From NCBI RefSeq assembly GCF_963921235.1, contig NC_086108.1, positions 115,446,001 to 115,510,000 of the forward strand: a stretch of 64,000 bases of DNA, read 5' to 3'. Numbering within the stretch: position 1 is the first letter of the stretch; every line of letters begins with the position of its first letter. The translations under genes and the position numbers were made by a program. This DNA comes from Mobula hypostoma (taxonomy: Eukaryota). The notes under the pieces are model-generated. The model did not search any database and was not told where the DNA came from. It saw only the letters and a list, made by a program, of their open reading frames with translations. Positions 37,126 through 51,119 of this stretch are shown here, piece by piece.

Positions 37126-37374
37126 TTTCAATGAGATCACCCATCATTCATCTGAATGGCTGACGTTTCTGGGAATAGTTCACAAGGTACAGAATTGGTA
37201 GGTCCCACAGAAGAAATTCTCAAATGGCGGGGGTAGGCAACTGTGGCTGACAAAGGAAGTTAAGGACTGCATAAAAGCCAAGAAAAAGGCATACAAGTTC
37301 GCAAAGTGAGCGGGAAGTTGGAAAAGAAGACTGGAAGATTGGAAATGTCATTCTGCTCTTTAAGTGTGGAAGGC

Positions 37375-40300
37375 TGTCAGGATGCTGGGGCAGGGATCCA
37401 GTCGCAGACCCAGTACCATGCACACAGTGATATTCATTGAGTAACAAATCCCGAGGTGCAAACGAAGTTAGCGTCAAAGTTCAGGCAGAGATCAAAACAT
37501 CCAGAGAAATCTAAAAACCAGAACTGGAAACAGGTAGAGTCAATATTCAGACACATGGAGTTCAGATACAAATGCTGGAAAGGCTCAGGAAAATTCACTG
37601 ACACAATCTGGCTACACACAGGTGAAAACACAGGACTGAACTACACTGAGCAATAAACAGAGAGGCAGATGATAGGTGGAGCACAATGAGACACAAGTGC
37701 AGCAGTACAGGTAATAATGAGAAACAGGTGAGAGACGGAGTACTCAGTAATACAGGGGCCGGAGTAGAGCAGGACCGGGGACAGGAGCACCTGGCAATAC
37801 AAACCACAGACTGACAACTAGAGGGAAATATACAAAAAGACAGTTCAACTGGAGGCACTGACAGTACCCCACTCCCCCATACAGATGCCTCCCGGACTCA
37901 CAGCAGGTAGAGCTGGGGGCTGGCGATGAAAGTCCCTGATGAGAGAGGGGTCCAGGATGTTACAGGCGGGGACCCAGCACCTCTCCTCACGACTGTAGCC
38001 CTCCCGGTCCACAAGAAACTGGGGGCCACGGCCCCAGCGACGAACGTTCAGCAGTCGGCGCACCGTGAAGGCCTCTGACCCATTGATGAGCTGTGGGGGA
38101 GGGGGGATTTGGGGACAGGACATGGGGGGTGGCTTATGAAAGGCTCGATGTGGGACACATGGAAGGTGGTTTGAATGTGGCAGAGAGTGGAGGGAAGCTT
38201 GAGACGGACGGCAGCAGGGCTGATGGCTTTAGCAATGGGAAAGGGGCCGATGAAGCGAGGGGCGAGCTTGCAGGAATTCACCTTGAGGGGCAGGTCTCGG
38301 GTTGAAAGCCACACACGCTGTCCCTGGCGGTAACACGGGGCTTTGGAGCGATGGTGGTCAGCTTGACGCTTGATTCTAGCAGAGGCACGGAGAAGGGCAG
38401 AGTGAGTGCGCCTCCACGTCTGCTGACAACGGCGGGTGAATGCCTCGGCAGATGGAACGCCAACCTCCTCCTCCTGGGCAGGAAACAGTGGAGGTTGGTA
38501 GCCAAGGCAGCACTCGAACGGGGACAGACCAGTGGAGGAGGATGGATGAGAGTTTATGGCGTACTCTGCCCAGGGTAGCTGCTGACTCCACGCAGAGGGG
38601 TTCTGGGAGACCAGACACCGAAATACAGTCTCTAGCTGTTGGTTGGCCCGCTCGGTCTGGTCGTTGGTCTGTGGGTGGAATCCTGGAGACAGACTTACGG
38701 AGGGACCCAGAAGATTACAGAATGCCCTCCAGAAGTTGGACGTGAAATGAGAGCCCCTGTCTGACACAACATCGACAGGTAACCCATGTAATTTAAAAAC
38801 ATGCAGTACTGGTAATTTGGCTGTTTCTTTGGCCGAGGGGAGTTTAGATAAAGGAATGAAGTGTACAGACTTGGAGAAACGATCAACTGCTGTGAGAATG
38901 GTGCTGTTACCATCTGATGGGGGAAGACCGGTGACAAAATCCAGGGCAATGTGGGACCAGGGTCTCTTGGGGATAGACAGAGGTTGTAACAAACCAGCAA
39001 GTGACCGGTTAGAGTTCCTGCCTTGAGCACAGAATGACCAGGCTGAGACAAAGTTGAGGATGTCGTCTCCCATGGAGGCCACCAGAACTGCCGACTGATG
39101 AAGGCATGAGTATGCTTGGTTCCAGGGTGACAGGATAACTGGGAGGAATGACCCCACTGCAATACCTGTGAGCAGACTGAGCTGGGAACATAAACACGGT
39201 TACTGGGGCATTGACCGGGGGCTGCCTCGCTCTGTTGAGGAGCTTGCACAATGGATTCAATGTCCCATTGCACTGCACCCACGAGACAGTGAGCAGGGAG
39301 GATGACATCGGGCACCTCAGGGGTCTCAGAGGAGGAAAATCTTCAGGAGAGGGCATCAGGTTTTCCATTCTTGGAACCCGGTAGAAGGACAGAGTAAAAT
39401 TGAACCTAGACAAAAAACGGGGAACAACGAGCTTGACGGGAGTTGAGACGCTTGGCCACACGGATATATTCCAGATTCTTGTGATCAGTCCAGACTAAGA
39501 ATGGCACCTTTGCTCCCTCCAGCCAATGCCTCCACTCCTCCAGAGCTAGCTCCACAGCCAGCAGCTCTGGTTTCTGACATTGTAATTCCGCTTGGTGGGA
39601 GTGAGGTGGTGAGAGAAGGCGGCGCAGGGGTGTACCTTCTCATCCTTGGCCGAATACTGAGAGAGAACAGCTCCTACACCAATATCAGACACATCCATCT
39701 CCACAGGTAGGTGGCTGATTGAATCAGGATGGGGGCAGGGGTGAAACGTTCCTTCGGGTCAGAGAATGGTTTTTCTGCAGCAGGGGACCAGGAGAATCTG
39801 ACAGCCGATGAGGTCAGAGCAATGACTGGTGCAGAGAGTGTACTGTAATTTCTGATGAAGCAGCGATAGAAGTTAGCAAAGCACAAGAAGCGTTGTAACT
39901 CTCGACGAGTCAAAGGTTGGGGCCATTCGAACAGCACCTTGACGTTCTGTTGGTCCATCTGAATGGAACCACCTGAAATTACATGCCCCAGGAAGGAGAC
40001 GGTATTGCGATGAAATTCACATTTCTCAGCCTTCACAAAGAGCTGGTTCTCTAGAAGGCGCTGGAGAACTCTGCGGACGTGACCTGTGTGTTCAGCAAAG
40101 GACTTGGGAAAAATCAAAATGTCATTGAGATACACAAAAGCAAATTAGTTCAGCATGTCCCTGGGAACGTCATTTACCAGGGCTTGGAAGACAGCAGGGG
40201 CATTGGTGAGACCAAATGGCATGACCAGATACTTGTAACGGCCTGGGGTGGTGTTGAAGGTGGTCTTCCACTCGTCCCCTTCGCGGATGCAGACAAGATG

Positions 40301-41407
40301 GTAGGCATTACAGAGATCAATCTTGGCGAAAACTGAGGTTCCTTGCAGTAGGTCAAATGCCAAGGTCATGAGTGGAAGAGGGTAATGGTTCTTAACAGTA
40401 ACTTCATTCAGTCCTCGGTAATCAATGCATGGACGTAAGGAGCCATCCTTATTTTCAACAAATAAAAAAAAACCAGCAGCAGCAGGGGAGGAAGACAGGC
40501 AAATGTCCCAGTCAGACAGCTGGGTGACGACAAAGGCCACCTTGGCTCGATCAGTCAGAAACATTGTTGGTTGCAATTCAAAAATGAGGGTGCACTGGGA
40601 AAGAAAAGAGCATCAGGTACCAGGCTCACCTGAGTACTTTTCTGGAGGAGGCAGATGGGGCTCTTGGACAGGAGGAGGGAGCGAGGATACAGAGGACAGA
40701 GCAGAAGATACAATCACAAAATGTTGATGGGCGCTCTGGGACAACTGGAGTGACTGAATCTGGGCCACAAGATCGGCTACATTGACAGAAAGTGACTCCA
40801 CTGCCCTGAACGTGGACTCCAGCTGGTTCTGGTGTCTCCCCAGCATCACTCCCTGTTGTTCCAGGGCAGCTCTCAGATGACCAGGGTCTGCTGGATCCAT
40901 TGTGGCCAGATTGTACTATCAGGACACTGGAGCAGGGATCCAATTGCAGACCCAGTACTGTGCACACAGGGATATTAATTGAGTAACAAATCCCAAGGTG
41001 AAAACAAAGTCAACATCAAAGTTCAGGCAGAGATCAAAACATCCAGAGAAATCCAAAAACCAGAACTGGAAACAGGTAGAGTCAATATTCAGACACACAG
41101 AATACAGATACAAATGCTGGAAAGGCTCAGGAAAATTCACTGACACAATCTGACTACAAACAGGTGAAAACACAGGACTGAAATACACTGAGCAATAAAC
41201 AGAGAGGCAGATGATAGGTGGAGCACAATGAGACACAGGTGCAGCAATACAGGTAATAATGAGAAACAGGTGAGAGACGGAGTACTCAGTAATACAGGGG
41301 CCGGAGTAGAGCAGGACCGGGGACAGGAGCACCTGGCAATACAAACCACAGACTGACAGCTGGGGGGAAACACACAGAAAGACAGAGTTCAACTGGAGGT
41401 ACTGACA
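37375..41407 (-). mobile_element. Sushi-like chromodomain Gypsy retrotransposon with both LTRs (5' LTR 40917-41407, 3' LTR 37375-37863), internally deleted
   Basis: ~490-bp direct LTRs with TGTCA..TGACA ends, a 5-bp TSD AAGGC/AAGGT, a PPT at 37864-37880, and gag, RT, RNase H, integrase and chromodomain remnants. Confidence 0.95.
37870..40900 (-). pseudogene. gag-pol pseudogene: gag N-terminus, RT, RNase H, integrase, chromodomain
   Basis: [37 protein letters not shown] (from YLDD); [60 protein letters not shown]. Frameshifted. Confidence 0.92.
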
Positions 41408-42793
41408 AAGGTAAAAGAAAGGAAATTATAGGCTCGTTAGCCTAATCTCAGTGGGTAGGAAAGTGCTAGAATCTATTAAGCAGGAGGTTTCATGATAAAA
41501 TATGTCAAGGTCAGCATGGTTTCTGTTTTGGGAAATCTTGCCTGACAAATTACTTACAGTTCTTTAAGGAAGTAACAAGCAGAGTGGACAAAGGAGAGGA
41601 AATGGACGTCATTTACTTGAATTTTCAGAAGGCCTTTGATAGGGTGCCACACAAGAAGCTGCTTAACTAGATAAAATCCTGTGGTGTTACTGGAAAGATA
41701 CTGGCATGGATAGTGGTTTGGCTGACAGGCAGGAGGCAGCAAGTGGGAATAAAAGGGGCCTTTTCTGGTTGGCTACCAGTAACTAGTGGTGTTCCTCAGG
41801 GGTCAATATTGAGACTGGTACTTTTCACATTGATTCTCAATGATTTGGATAATGGAATTGATGGCTTTGTGGCAAAGTTTGCAGATGATGCAGAGATAGG
41901 TGGAGGGGTAGGTAGTGCTGAGGAAGCAATACGTTTGCAGCAGGACTTAGACAAATTGGAAGAATGGGCAAATAAGTGGCACATGGAATACGGTGTTGGG
42001 AAATGTATGAAAATGCATTTTGGTAAAAGGAACAATTACCTAAATGGGGAGAAGGTTCAAACATCAGAGATGCAGAGGGTCTTGGGATTCCTCATTCAGG
42101 ACTCCCAGAAGGTTAATTCACAGGTTGTGTCTGTGGTAAAGAAGGCAAATGCAACGTTGGCATTTATTTCAAGGGGAATAGAATATAAAAACAAGGAGAT
42201 AACGCTGAGGCGGCTTAAGACACTCGTCAGGCTGCACTTGAAGTATAGTCAATAGTTTTGGGCCCCATATCTCATAGAGGATGTGTTGTCATTGGAGAGA
42301 GTCCAAAGGGGGTTCATGAGGATCATTCCTGGAATGAAGGTGTTAACATTTGAGGAGTGTTTGGCAGCTTTGGGTCCGTACTCACTGGAATTTAGAAGAA
42401 TACATGGGGATCTCATTGAAACCTACGGAATGTTGAAAGGTCTAGGTAGGGTGGATGTGGAGAGGATGTTTCCTATGGTGGGGGTATCCACTCTAGAGGG
42501 CACAGCCTCAAAATTGAGGAGTAACTTTTAAGAACAGAAGTAAGGAATAATTTTTTTAGCCAGACAGTAGTGAAGCTGTGGAATGCTCTGCCATAGACTG
42601 TGATAGAGGCCAAGTCTGGAGGTATATTCAAAGTAGAAATGGATAGTACCCTGACCCATTAGCGCATCGATGGATATGGTGAGAAGACAGGTGTTTGGGG
42701 TTGAGTGGGATCTGGGATCAGCCATGATGGAATAGTGGAGCCGACTCAATGGGCCGAATGGCCTAATTCTGCTCATATGTCTTGTGGTCTTAT
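41408..42793 (+). mobile_element. CR1 LINE RT and 3' end (host of the Gypsy insertion; continues from ~37150-37374)
   Basis: VTSGVPQGS, KFADDA and SLERVQR motifs; same family as 28880-30270. Confidence 0.9.
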
Positions 42794-43089
42794 GGACAGA
42801 TTATTTGCTTTTCTACAGCTAGAGCTGTGGCTGTATGGAACACCCTGCCGGGGAGATGGTAGAAGACAGGCACACAAACAGCCAGTGAACAGAGGGCTAT
42901 GGAGTTTGAGCAGACACCAGACGTTAGTTTAGTTTGACGTGATGGTGGGTGCAGACATCGTGGCTCCAGGAGGAATTTGCTCTTCTGTAGTGCTCCCTGT
43001 TCTGTGCTCTGTCACCAACACTAATCCATAATTATTGTGACGTTTCCTATCCTTCTCTTTGAAAATCAGTGAGGGGGAGAGTGACGCTT

Positions 43090-43455
43090 CTGTAGGTCTG
43101 TGTTGGTCATGGATGATGCATCCTAGATGTCTATATATGTACAGGCAAGACAGGGCAGTACGATACGGAGAGCAAGCTGTTGCCCATGTAGCGGGCTCCC
43201 CCTCTCCTCACAGCTGATGATTTGAAAGGAACGGCGGAGACCGATACAGTTTGGCACCAGTGGTGTCACAGGAGTTGCCAGTCGGTTTTGAACTCAGTGT
43301 AGGTCTGTCTTAAGGTCTCCAGCTCTGGATTTTTTCCTTTGGGTTTACTTCTGAAGTGAGCATATTCGCAAGTCAGTGGATGTTTAAGATCAGAGTTTTC
43401 CTTCTCCTAGATGAGCTGCCAATCACAGCTGATGACTCCCATCTGCCCAGAAATA
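43090..43455 (-). mobile_element. RTE-clade UTR-like repeat
   Basis: Homologous to 4170-4790. Confidence 0.55.
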
Positions 43456-43609
43456 CCAGTATTGTGTTAACAATCTCTCAACTCTTGTCACTACAGCTTT
43501 TTCTGAAATTTTTCATCTCTGCCCAAAGTTTTTTAACATGCTTGGATTGATTTGTCCAGAGCCAGGGTTTATCCTTTGTGAACTATGCTATTTACTCTAG
43601 CCCCAAATC

Positions 43610-44192
43610 ATAGAACATAGAACATAGAATAGTACAGCACAGTACAGGCCCTTCGGCCCACAATGTTGTGCCGACCCTCAAACCCTGCCTCCCATATAAG
43701 CCCCCACCTTAGATTCCTCCATATACCTGTCTAGTAGTCTCTTAAACTTCACTAGTGTATCTGCCTCCACTACTGACTCAGGCAGTGCATTCCACGCACC
43801 AACCACTCTCCGAGTAAAAACCCTTCCTCTAATATCCCCCTTGAACTTCCCACCCCTTACCTTAAAGCCATGTCCTCTTGTATTGAGCAGTGGTGCCCTA
43901 GGGAAGAGGTGCTGGCTATCCACTCTATCTATTCCTCTTATTATCTTGTACATCTCTATCATGTCTCCTCTCATCCTCCTTCTCTCCAAAGAGTAAAGCC
44001 CTAGCTCCCTTAATCTCTGATCATAATGCATACTTTCTAAACCAGGCAGCATCCTGGTAAATCTCCTCTGTACCCTTTCCAATGCTTCCACATCCTTCCT
44101 ATAGTGAGGTGACCAGAACTGGACACAATATTCCAAGTGTGGCCTAACCAGAGTTTTATAGAGCTGCATCATTACATCGCGACTCTTAAACT
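43610..44192 (-). mobile_element. Young CR1 3' end
   Basis: Intact ORF 43678-44172 (LYKTLVRPHLEYCVQFWSP...WNALP) with an (ATAGAAC)n tail. Confidence 0.92.
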
Positions 44193-46184
44193 CTTCATTT
44201 TAAAGTATCTATTCCTCATCATCCAATTGTATTACTTTATATTTATTTATTGATACGACATAGTACAGAACCTTATGTTCAAGGAGCCAGCAACCACCTA
44301 CCTAACACTGGCCTAATCACAGGACAATTTTTAATGACCAGTTAACCTGCTAACCATTTCGTCTTTGGACAGAGAGGAAGCCGGAGCACTTGATGAAACC
44401 TCACAGAAACACGGGGAGAACATACAAACTTCTAACAAATGGCATCAGAACTGATCTCCAAACTTCTGTGGCCCAAGCTGTAATAGTGTTGTGCTAACCA
44501 CTACCTACCGTAATACCCTTCTTCCTGACAAACACTAGCATTTCTACTAAGTCACTGCAATACTTGCTTCCTGTTCTTCCAGGCACCGTTCACCTCTAAC
44601 GTTCTGCTTTTTATTGATGTGTCCATGAAGTATTTTGATGTTCCTTGACAATTTGATTTAATAGTTGGCCTTACCTTCCTAATTGTCCTGTTTTGTCTCT
44701 GTCTTAATTTTCTCAATTCTCTTGTATCAATATTTTCTACTGCTTGTCTGCTTAACTGCAAACATCCCCTAACACCGTTATTCATTCAGGGAGTCTTCTG
44801 AGTGTTCATCCTTCCTTCTAGCTGCATCCCCTTCTACACATTTCCCCCACTGTAGGTTCACAGTCATTTGTCATTTGTCTTATCCTCCCAAGTTCTAAAC
44901 TCAGTCACACAAAATCAGTTTTCCAATCCATTAACTTTGTCCTTTAACTAGGGGTTGGTATAAAGTGAAACTACGCACTGGTCAGCTTCATTTCCTGCCG
45001 CTGTCAGTAAGGAGTTTGTTTGTTCTTCCCATGACTGTGTGGGTTTCCACCAGATGGTTTGGTTTACTTTCATTTCGAATGACATACGGGTTAGAGTTGG
45101 TGAGCTGTGGCATACTATTTTGGTGCTGGAAGGGTGCTACCCCTGGCACATCCTCAGATTGTTTTGGTCATTGATGCAAACGATGCATTTCACTCTATGT
45201 TTTGATGTGCATGTGACAAATAAAACTAATCTTAAATTTAAAAAAATCTGTCTCACTTAATTCCTTCTCCGTTATCATCTGAGTTATGGCTACTATTGCC
45301 CGGATGCTCCCCAGTGTCTGATTCTCTGATCTAGTCTGCTTCATTCCTCATCACTGCCCTATTCATATTGCATTAGGAAGGAGTTCTGTACAATCACTGG
45401 CAACTCCATTCTTGCACAAATTCTACCTACCTCCACACTCCAATTAGCATTGTGAAATGTCCTGCAATTGCTAGTCTGTTTTGAACTCATTTTCATAATT
45501 TTCCCACTTATTATTTTTACTTTCTCTCTTCCATGAGCTGGCCGTTTGTAAATTGACTATCAGTGTGATTCATCCTTCATTAAATTTTTAGCTGAACCCA
45601 CGTGGATTCCATTTTTATCTTCCTTATAGGTTTTTGTTTCATTGCTGTCTCATTGGCTCAAATGAGAACCACCGTTCCAACTTTGTAGAATTATTCTATA
45701 TTCTTTATGAAACCCATGAGACCTTGCTGAGTTTAATATCTGGGTGATTTTTTCTGAAGCCGAGTTTCAGTTGATGCCCAGTCCCAGTGCGAAGCTTGTG
45801 GCCAGAGTTAGAGGCAAGACAAGAGACAAGGAGGCGAGGCTGGTTCACACGATGTGCTGACTGAGAGGCTGAATGGCCTAGAGTCACAGAGACGTGGAAC
45901 ACTACAGAACTGTTAGTCCGTGCTGAACTATTAATCTACCTAGCTCCTTTGACCTGCATGCAGACCGTACCCTCTATACCCTCCCATCTATTCAGATCTC
46001 TCTTAAAAGTAGAAATTGAACCCATACCTGTCAATCATTCCACACTTTCACCACCCTCTGAGTGAAGAAGATCCCCCTCATGTTCCCTTTAAACATTTCA
46101 TCTTTCACACTCAACCCATGACCTCTCGTTCATGTCTCATGCACCCTCAGTGAAAAAGCCTGTTTGCATTTATCCTATCTTGGC

Positions 46185-47530
46185 TGACAAGTTTGAGGAA
46201 GTAACAAACGGGGCATATAAAGAGGCAGTGGATGTTACTTGGATTTTCAGAAGGCACTTGATAAGTTGCAACGCTTTAGGCTGCTTAACAAGATAAAACC
46301 CTTTAGTGTTACAGGAGGGATACTGGTGTGGATAGTGGGGTAACAGAATGGCTGAATGGCAGGAGGCAGTGAGTGGGAATAAAAGGGGCCTTTTCTTCTT
46401 GGCTTCCGGTGTTCCTAGGGGTCATTTTTGGGACCACCACTTTTCACAATGTTTCCCAATGATTTAGATAATGGAACTGATGGTTTTGTGGCAAAGTTTG
46501 CAGATGATACAAAGATACATGGAGGGGTAGGTAGTGCTGAGGAAGCAATGCGATTGCAGTAGGATGTAGACAAATTGGAAGAATGGGCAAAAAGTGCAGA
46601 CGGAATACAGTGTTGGGAAATGTATGATAATGCAGTTTGGTAAAAGGAACAATAGTGTGGACTATTATCTAAATGGGGAGAAGGTTCAAACATCAGAGGT
46701 GCAGAGGGACTTGGGATTTCTCGTACAAGACTCCCAGAAGGTTAATTTACAGATTGAGTTTGTGGTTTAAAAAAAAGCAAATGCAATGTTGCCAAAGGGA
46801 ATAGAATTTGAAAGCAAGGGCCTAATGCTGAGCCTTTATAAGACACTAGTCAGGCTGCACTTGGAGTATTGTCAACAGTTTTGGGCCCCATATCTCGGAA
46901 AGGATGTGTTGTCATTGGACAGAGTCCAGAGGAGGTTCACAAGGATGTTACCGGGACTGAAGAGTGTTTGGCAGCGTTAGGCCTTTACTCGCTGGAATTT
47001 AGAAGAATGCAGGGGAATCTCATTGAAACCTACAGAATGTTGAAAAACAAGATAGGGTGGATGTGGAGAGGATGTACCCTCTGGTGGGGTTATCCAGAAC
47101 TAGAGGGTACAGCCTTAAAATTGAGGGACAACATTTCACCATATAACCATAACCATATAACAATTACAGCACGGAAACAGACCATCGCGGCCCTTCAAGT
47201 CCATGCCGAACTCTTACTCTCACTTAATCCCTCCGACCTGCACTCAGCCCATAACCCTTAACCCATAACCCATAAGAACAGAAATAAAGAATAATTTTTT
47301 TAGCCAGACAGTAGTAAAGCTGTGGAATGCTCTGCCATAGATTGTGATTGGGGCCAAGTCTGGAGGTATATTTAAAGCAGAAATGGATAGTACCCTGACT
47401 CATTGGAACATCGAAGGATCTGGCGAGAAGGCAGGTGTATGGGGTTAAGTGGGATCTGGGATCAGCCATGATGGAATAGTGGAGCAGACTCGATGGGCTG
47501 AATGGCCTAATTCTGCTCCCATGTCTTGTG
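46185..47530 (+). mobile_element. CR1 LINE RT and 3' end, decayed
   Basis: KFADDTK and LYKTLVRLHLEYC motifs; same tail as 42530-42790. Confidence 0.85.
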
Positions 47531-48899
47531 GACTTATCTGTACCCCTTATAATTTTGTATACCTCTATCAAATCTCCCCTCAGTCTTCTACATTGTAGGG
47601 ATTAAAGTCCTAACCTATTCACCCTTTCCCTATAACTGCAGTTGTCAAGCCTCAGTAACATCCTTGTAAATTGCCTCTGCACTCTTTCAATGGTATTGAT
47701 GTTTTTTCCAGTTTAAGGTGGTGCTGGTGAGACACACTGATGACTTGCTGGCAACAAACAAAAGCTATTAACTACATTTAATCACATTTTTTCTCGGAAA
47801 TGATCACTGCAATCAATGGGCCTGTAACTTCCCTTTCAGAGCTGAGCTTTTGAGCTGCCAGTACTGCCTGACGTTTTTATGGTTAGAACTGCAGCCTTGA
47901 AGGCTCAGGATGGTTGAGGCCTGGTGGGGATGGGCTGCGGTGAGGCGGGGGCCCGAGCCCAAGAGCGCGGAACGGGCCCCTGGTGGGGATGGGCTGCGGT
48001 GAGGCGGGGGCCCGAGCCCAAGAGCGCGGAACGGGCCCCTGGTGCTCAGTTTGGTTTACTCGTCTCTGCACTGAACTGACGCTATGACCTACAACTAACG
48101 GACTCCTGGACCGGCTGAAGTTATGACCGGTTTCGTGGCTGTGAACTTACTTTTGTGAACTTCAATTATGAATGTAATTTACTTACTGTTAATGTTTGCA
48201 CAATTTGTTTTTTTCTGTTTTGGGTGTTCTTTTTTAAATAGTTTCCTTTGAGTTTCTTTGTTCTGTGGCTGCCTGTAAGGAGACAAATTTCCAGGTTCTA
48301 TACAGCATACTGTATATATTTTGATTAGAAATGTACTTTAAGCTTTGATAGGTGACCATAACTGTAAGTAATACTCCAGATTCGGCCTCACCAGTATCTT
48401 CTACAACTTCAACATGACACCTCTCCTGTACTTTGATTTGCAAAGGCCAATGTGTCAAAGGCTTTCTTTATGACCCCACCTAGCTGTGACACCACTCTCA
48501 AGGCCTACTCCTGCTCTTGTTCCTTTTCTTCTCCCCACTGCCTGTCCAACTGACTAATCCACTTTCTTTCCTGGGTCTCATGAAGTACCATGATTGTATA
48601 ATGTTTCATCTGTTCTACTCTCCACCGATACTGCATGAACTGCTGAGCATTTCTAGCATTTAATATTTTTTATTTCTGATCTCAAACATCAGTGTTTTGT
48701 TGAATTTTCCCTGACAAGGCAGGAGTTGGTTTCATTGTAATGGAGAAGGATAAGGGGAAACGAGATTGCGGTGAGCAAGACAGTGAGAGGGTCCTACAGT
48801 AAGAACAGAAAGGAGTGATGTCCCTTTGTAGAGAAGCTTAGATTTAAACTCATTGGGGTAGGTTTAGTAGGCAATTGAGGATTCAGGAAGTGGTGAGGA

Positions 48900-49515
48900 C
48901 ATGAACTTATCACGTTAGCCTTCACTAGTCAGGGTTTGAGTTCAAGAGCTGTGATGTGATGGTGCAGGTCGATAAAGCTCTGGTGAGGCCACACTTGAGG
49001 TATTGTGTTCAGTTCTGGACTCCTCTCATAGGCAGGGTGTGGAAGCTTTAGAGAGGGTGCAGGGGAGATTTACCAGGGTGCTGTCTGGATTAGAGAGCAT
49101 GTTTTATGAGGATAGGTTGAGTGAGCTCAGGCTTTTCTCTCTGAAGTGAAGGAGGATGAGAGGTGACATGGTAGAGGTGCACATGATGATAAAAGGCAAG
49201 GATCAAATGGACAGCAGGAGTCTATTTCCCGGGGAGGAAATGGTTAATATAAGGGGGCAGAATTTTAAGTTAATTGGGGGTAAATATGTATAGGGGGCAA
49301 TGTCAAAGGTAGGTTTTTTACACAGAGAGTGCTGGGTGGATGGAATGCCCTGCCAGGAGTGCTAGTAGGGGCTGATACATATGGACATTTAAGAAACTCT
49401 TAGGCACATGGATGAATGAAAAATTGAGGCTTATGCAGGAGGGAAGGGTTAGATTGATCCTGTGTTGGTAAAACATTGTGGGCCGAAGGGCCTGTACTGT
49501 GCTGTAATGTTCTAA
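48900..49515 (+). mobile_element. CR1 3' fragment
   Basis: Decayed KALVRPHL.YCVQFW...ALERVQ...WNALP region and tail. Confidence 0.75.
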
Positions 49516-49553
49516 TGTTGGATCAGTGGGATTATGGAACAGTAGTAACCACA

Positions 49554-49609
<56 letters not shown>

Positions 49610-50104
49610 CAGAGAGAGAGAGCTGGCTAATACGAGCATTCTCTGCAGCTCCTTAATGGTTGGCATGGATAGAAAGGCCGAACAGCCTTGCACTGTCCTG
49701 TAAATTCTCCTGCACTGTGAATCCCACAGACTCCCCGTCTCTTGGGGTCGAGGGAGTTTCGATTATAACTACTTTTATCAGAAACAAGAAACAAATCTTT
49801 GAATTATTGATCTTGGTGACCCGTTTATTTCAGCTTGCTTTAACTCTCCTGGGATATCCTGTCAACCGAGGCAGTAAATATTTCAGTGACGTCTATTGAC
49901 ATCACTGTCTCTTTGAAAGGTTTCTGTCTCAAGGTCGATGATAAAGAATTTCAGAGAAATTTAAAAGTTGATAATTGAATTTTAACTGTGGCTCCCAAGA
50001 CAGCAGAGAAGCCTCGTTCAGACCTGTTCCTCTATAGTTTATAAATCCCAGTGAAATACGGAGAGAATGCAGCTCTGAACGTGCCAGTAAAGTGGGGGAG
50101 GTGG

Positions 50105-51117
50105 TCACCCTGGGAGGGGTGTTACTGAGGGAGAGTCACACTGTGGGAGGGGTGGTACTGAGGGACAGTCACACTGTGGGAGGGGTGGTACTGAGGGAGG
50201 GTCACACTGTGGGAGGGGTGGTACTGAGGGACAGTCACACTGTGGGAGGGGCGGTACAGAGGGAGGGTCACACTGTGGGAGGGGTGGTACTGAGGGAGGG
50301 TCACACTGTGGGGGGGGGTGGTACTGAGGGAGGGTCACACTGTGGGGGGGCGGTACTGAGGGAGGGTCACACTGTGGGAGGGTGGTACTGAAAGGGTCAC
50401 ACTGTGGGAGGGGTGGTACTGAGGGAGAGTCACACTGTGGGAGGGGTGGTACTGAGGGACAGTCACACTGTGGGAGGGGTAGTACTGAGGGAGGGTCACA
50501 CTGTGGGAGGGGTGGTACTGAGGGACAGTCACACTGTGGGAGGGGTAGTACTGAGGGAGGGTCACACTGTGGGAGGGGTGGTACTGAGGGAGGGTCACAC
50601 TGTGGGAGGGGTGGTACTGAGGGACAGTCACACTGTGTGAGGGGTGGTACTGAGGGAGTGTCACGCCGTGGGAGGGGCGGTACTGAGGGAGAGTCACACT
50701 GTGGGAGGGGTGGTACTGAGGGAGGGTCACACTGTAGGAGAGGTGTTACTGAGGGTGGGTCACACTGTGGGAGGGGTGGTACTGAGGGAGGGTCACACTG
50801 TGGGAGGGGTGGTACTGAGGGAGGGTCACACTGTTGGAGGGGTGGTACTGAGGGAGGGTCACACTGTAGGAGGGATGTTACTGAGGGAGGGGTAGTACTG
50901 AGGGAGAGTCACACTGTGGGAGGGGTGGTACTGAGGGAGGGTCACACTGTGGGGGAGTGGTACTGAGGGAGGGTCACACTGTGGGAGGGGTGGTACTGAG
51001 GGAGGGTCACTGTGGGAGGGGTGGTACTGAGGGAGGGTCACACTGTGGGAGGGGTGGCACTGAGGGAGGGACACAATGTGACGGGTTGATACTGAGGGAG
51101 GGTCACACTGTAGGAGG
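50105..51117. repeat. 33-bp minisatellite (GGGAGGGGTGGTACTGAGGGAGGGTCACACTGT), about 30 copies
   Basis: Direct tandem array. Confidence 0.97.
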
Positions 51118-51119
51118 CG

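Noticed and set aside
37870..40900. Domesticated sushi-derived gene (PEG10/RTL-like)
   Set aside because: It has frameshifts, stops, a mutated YLDD, and retained LTRs and TSD, so it is a decaying insertion.
50105..51117. Many CACTGTG heptamers suggesting V(D)J recombination signals
   Set aside because: They are part of the 33-bp unit, with no nonamer at 12 or 23 spacing and no V, D or J coding segments.
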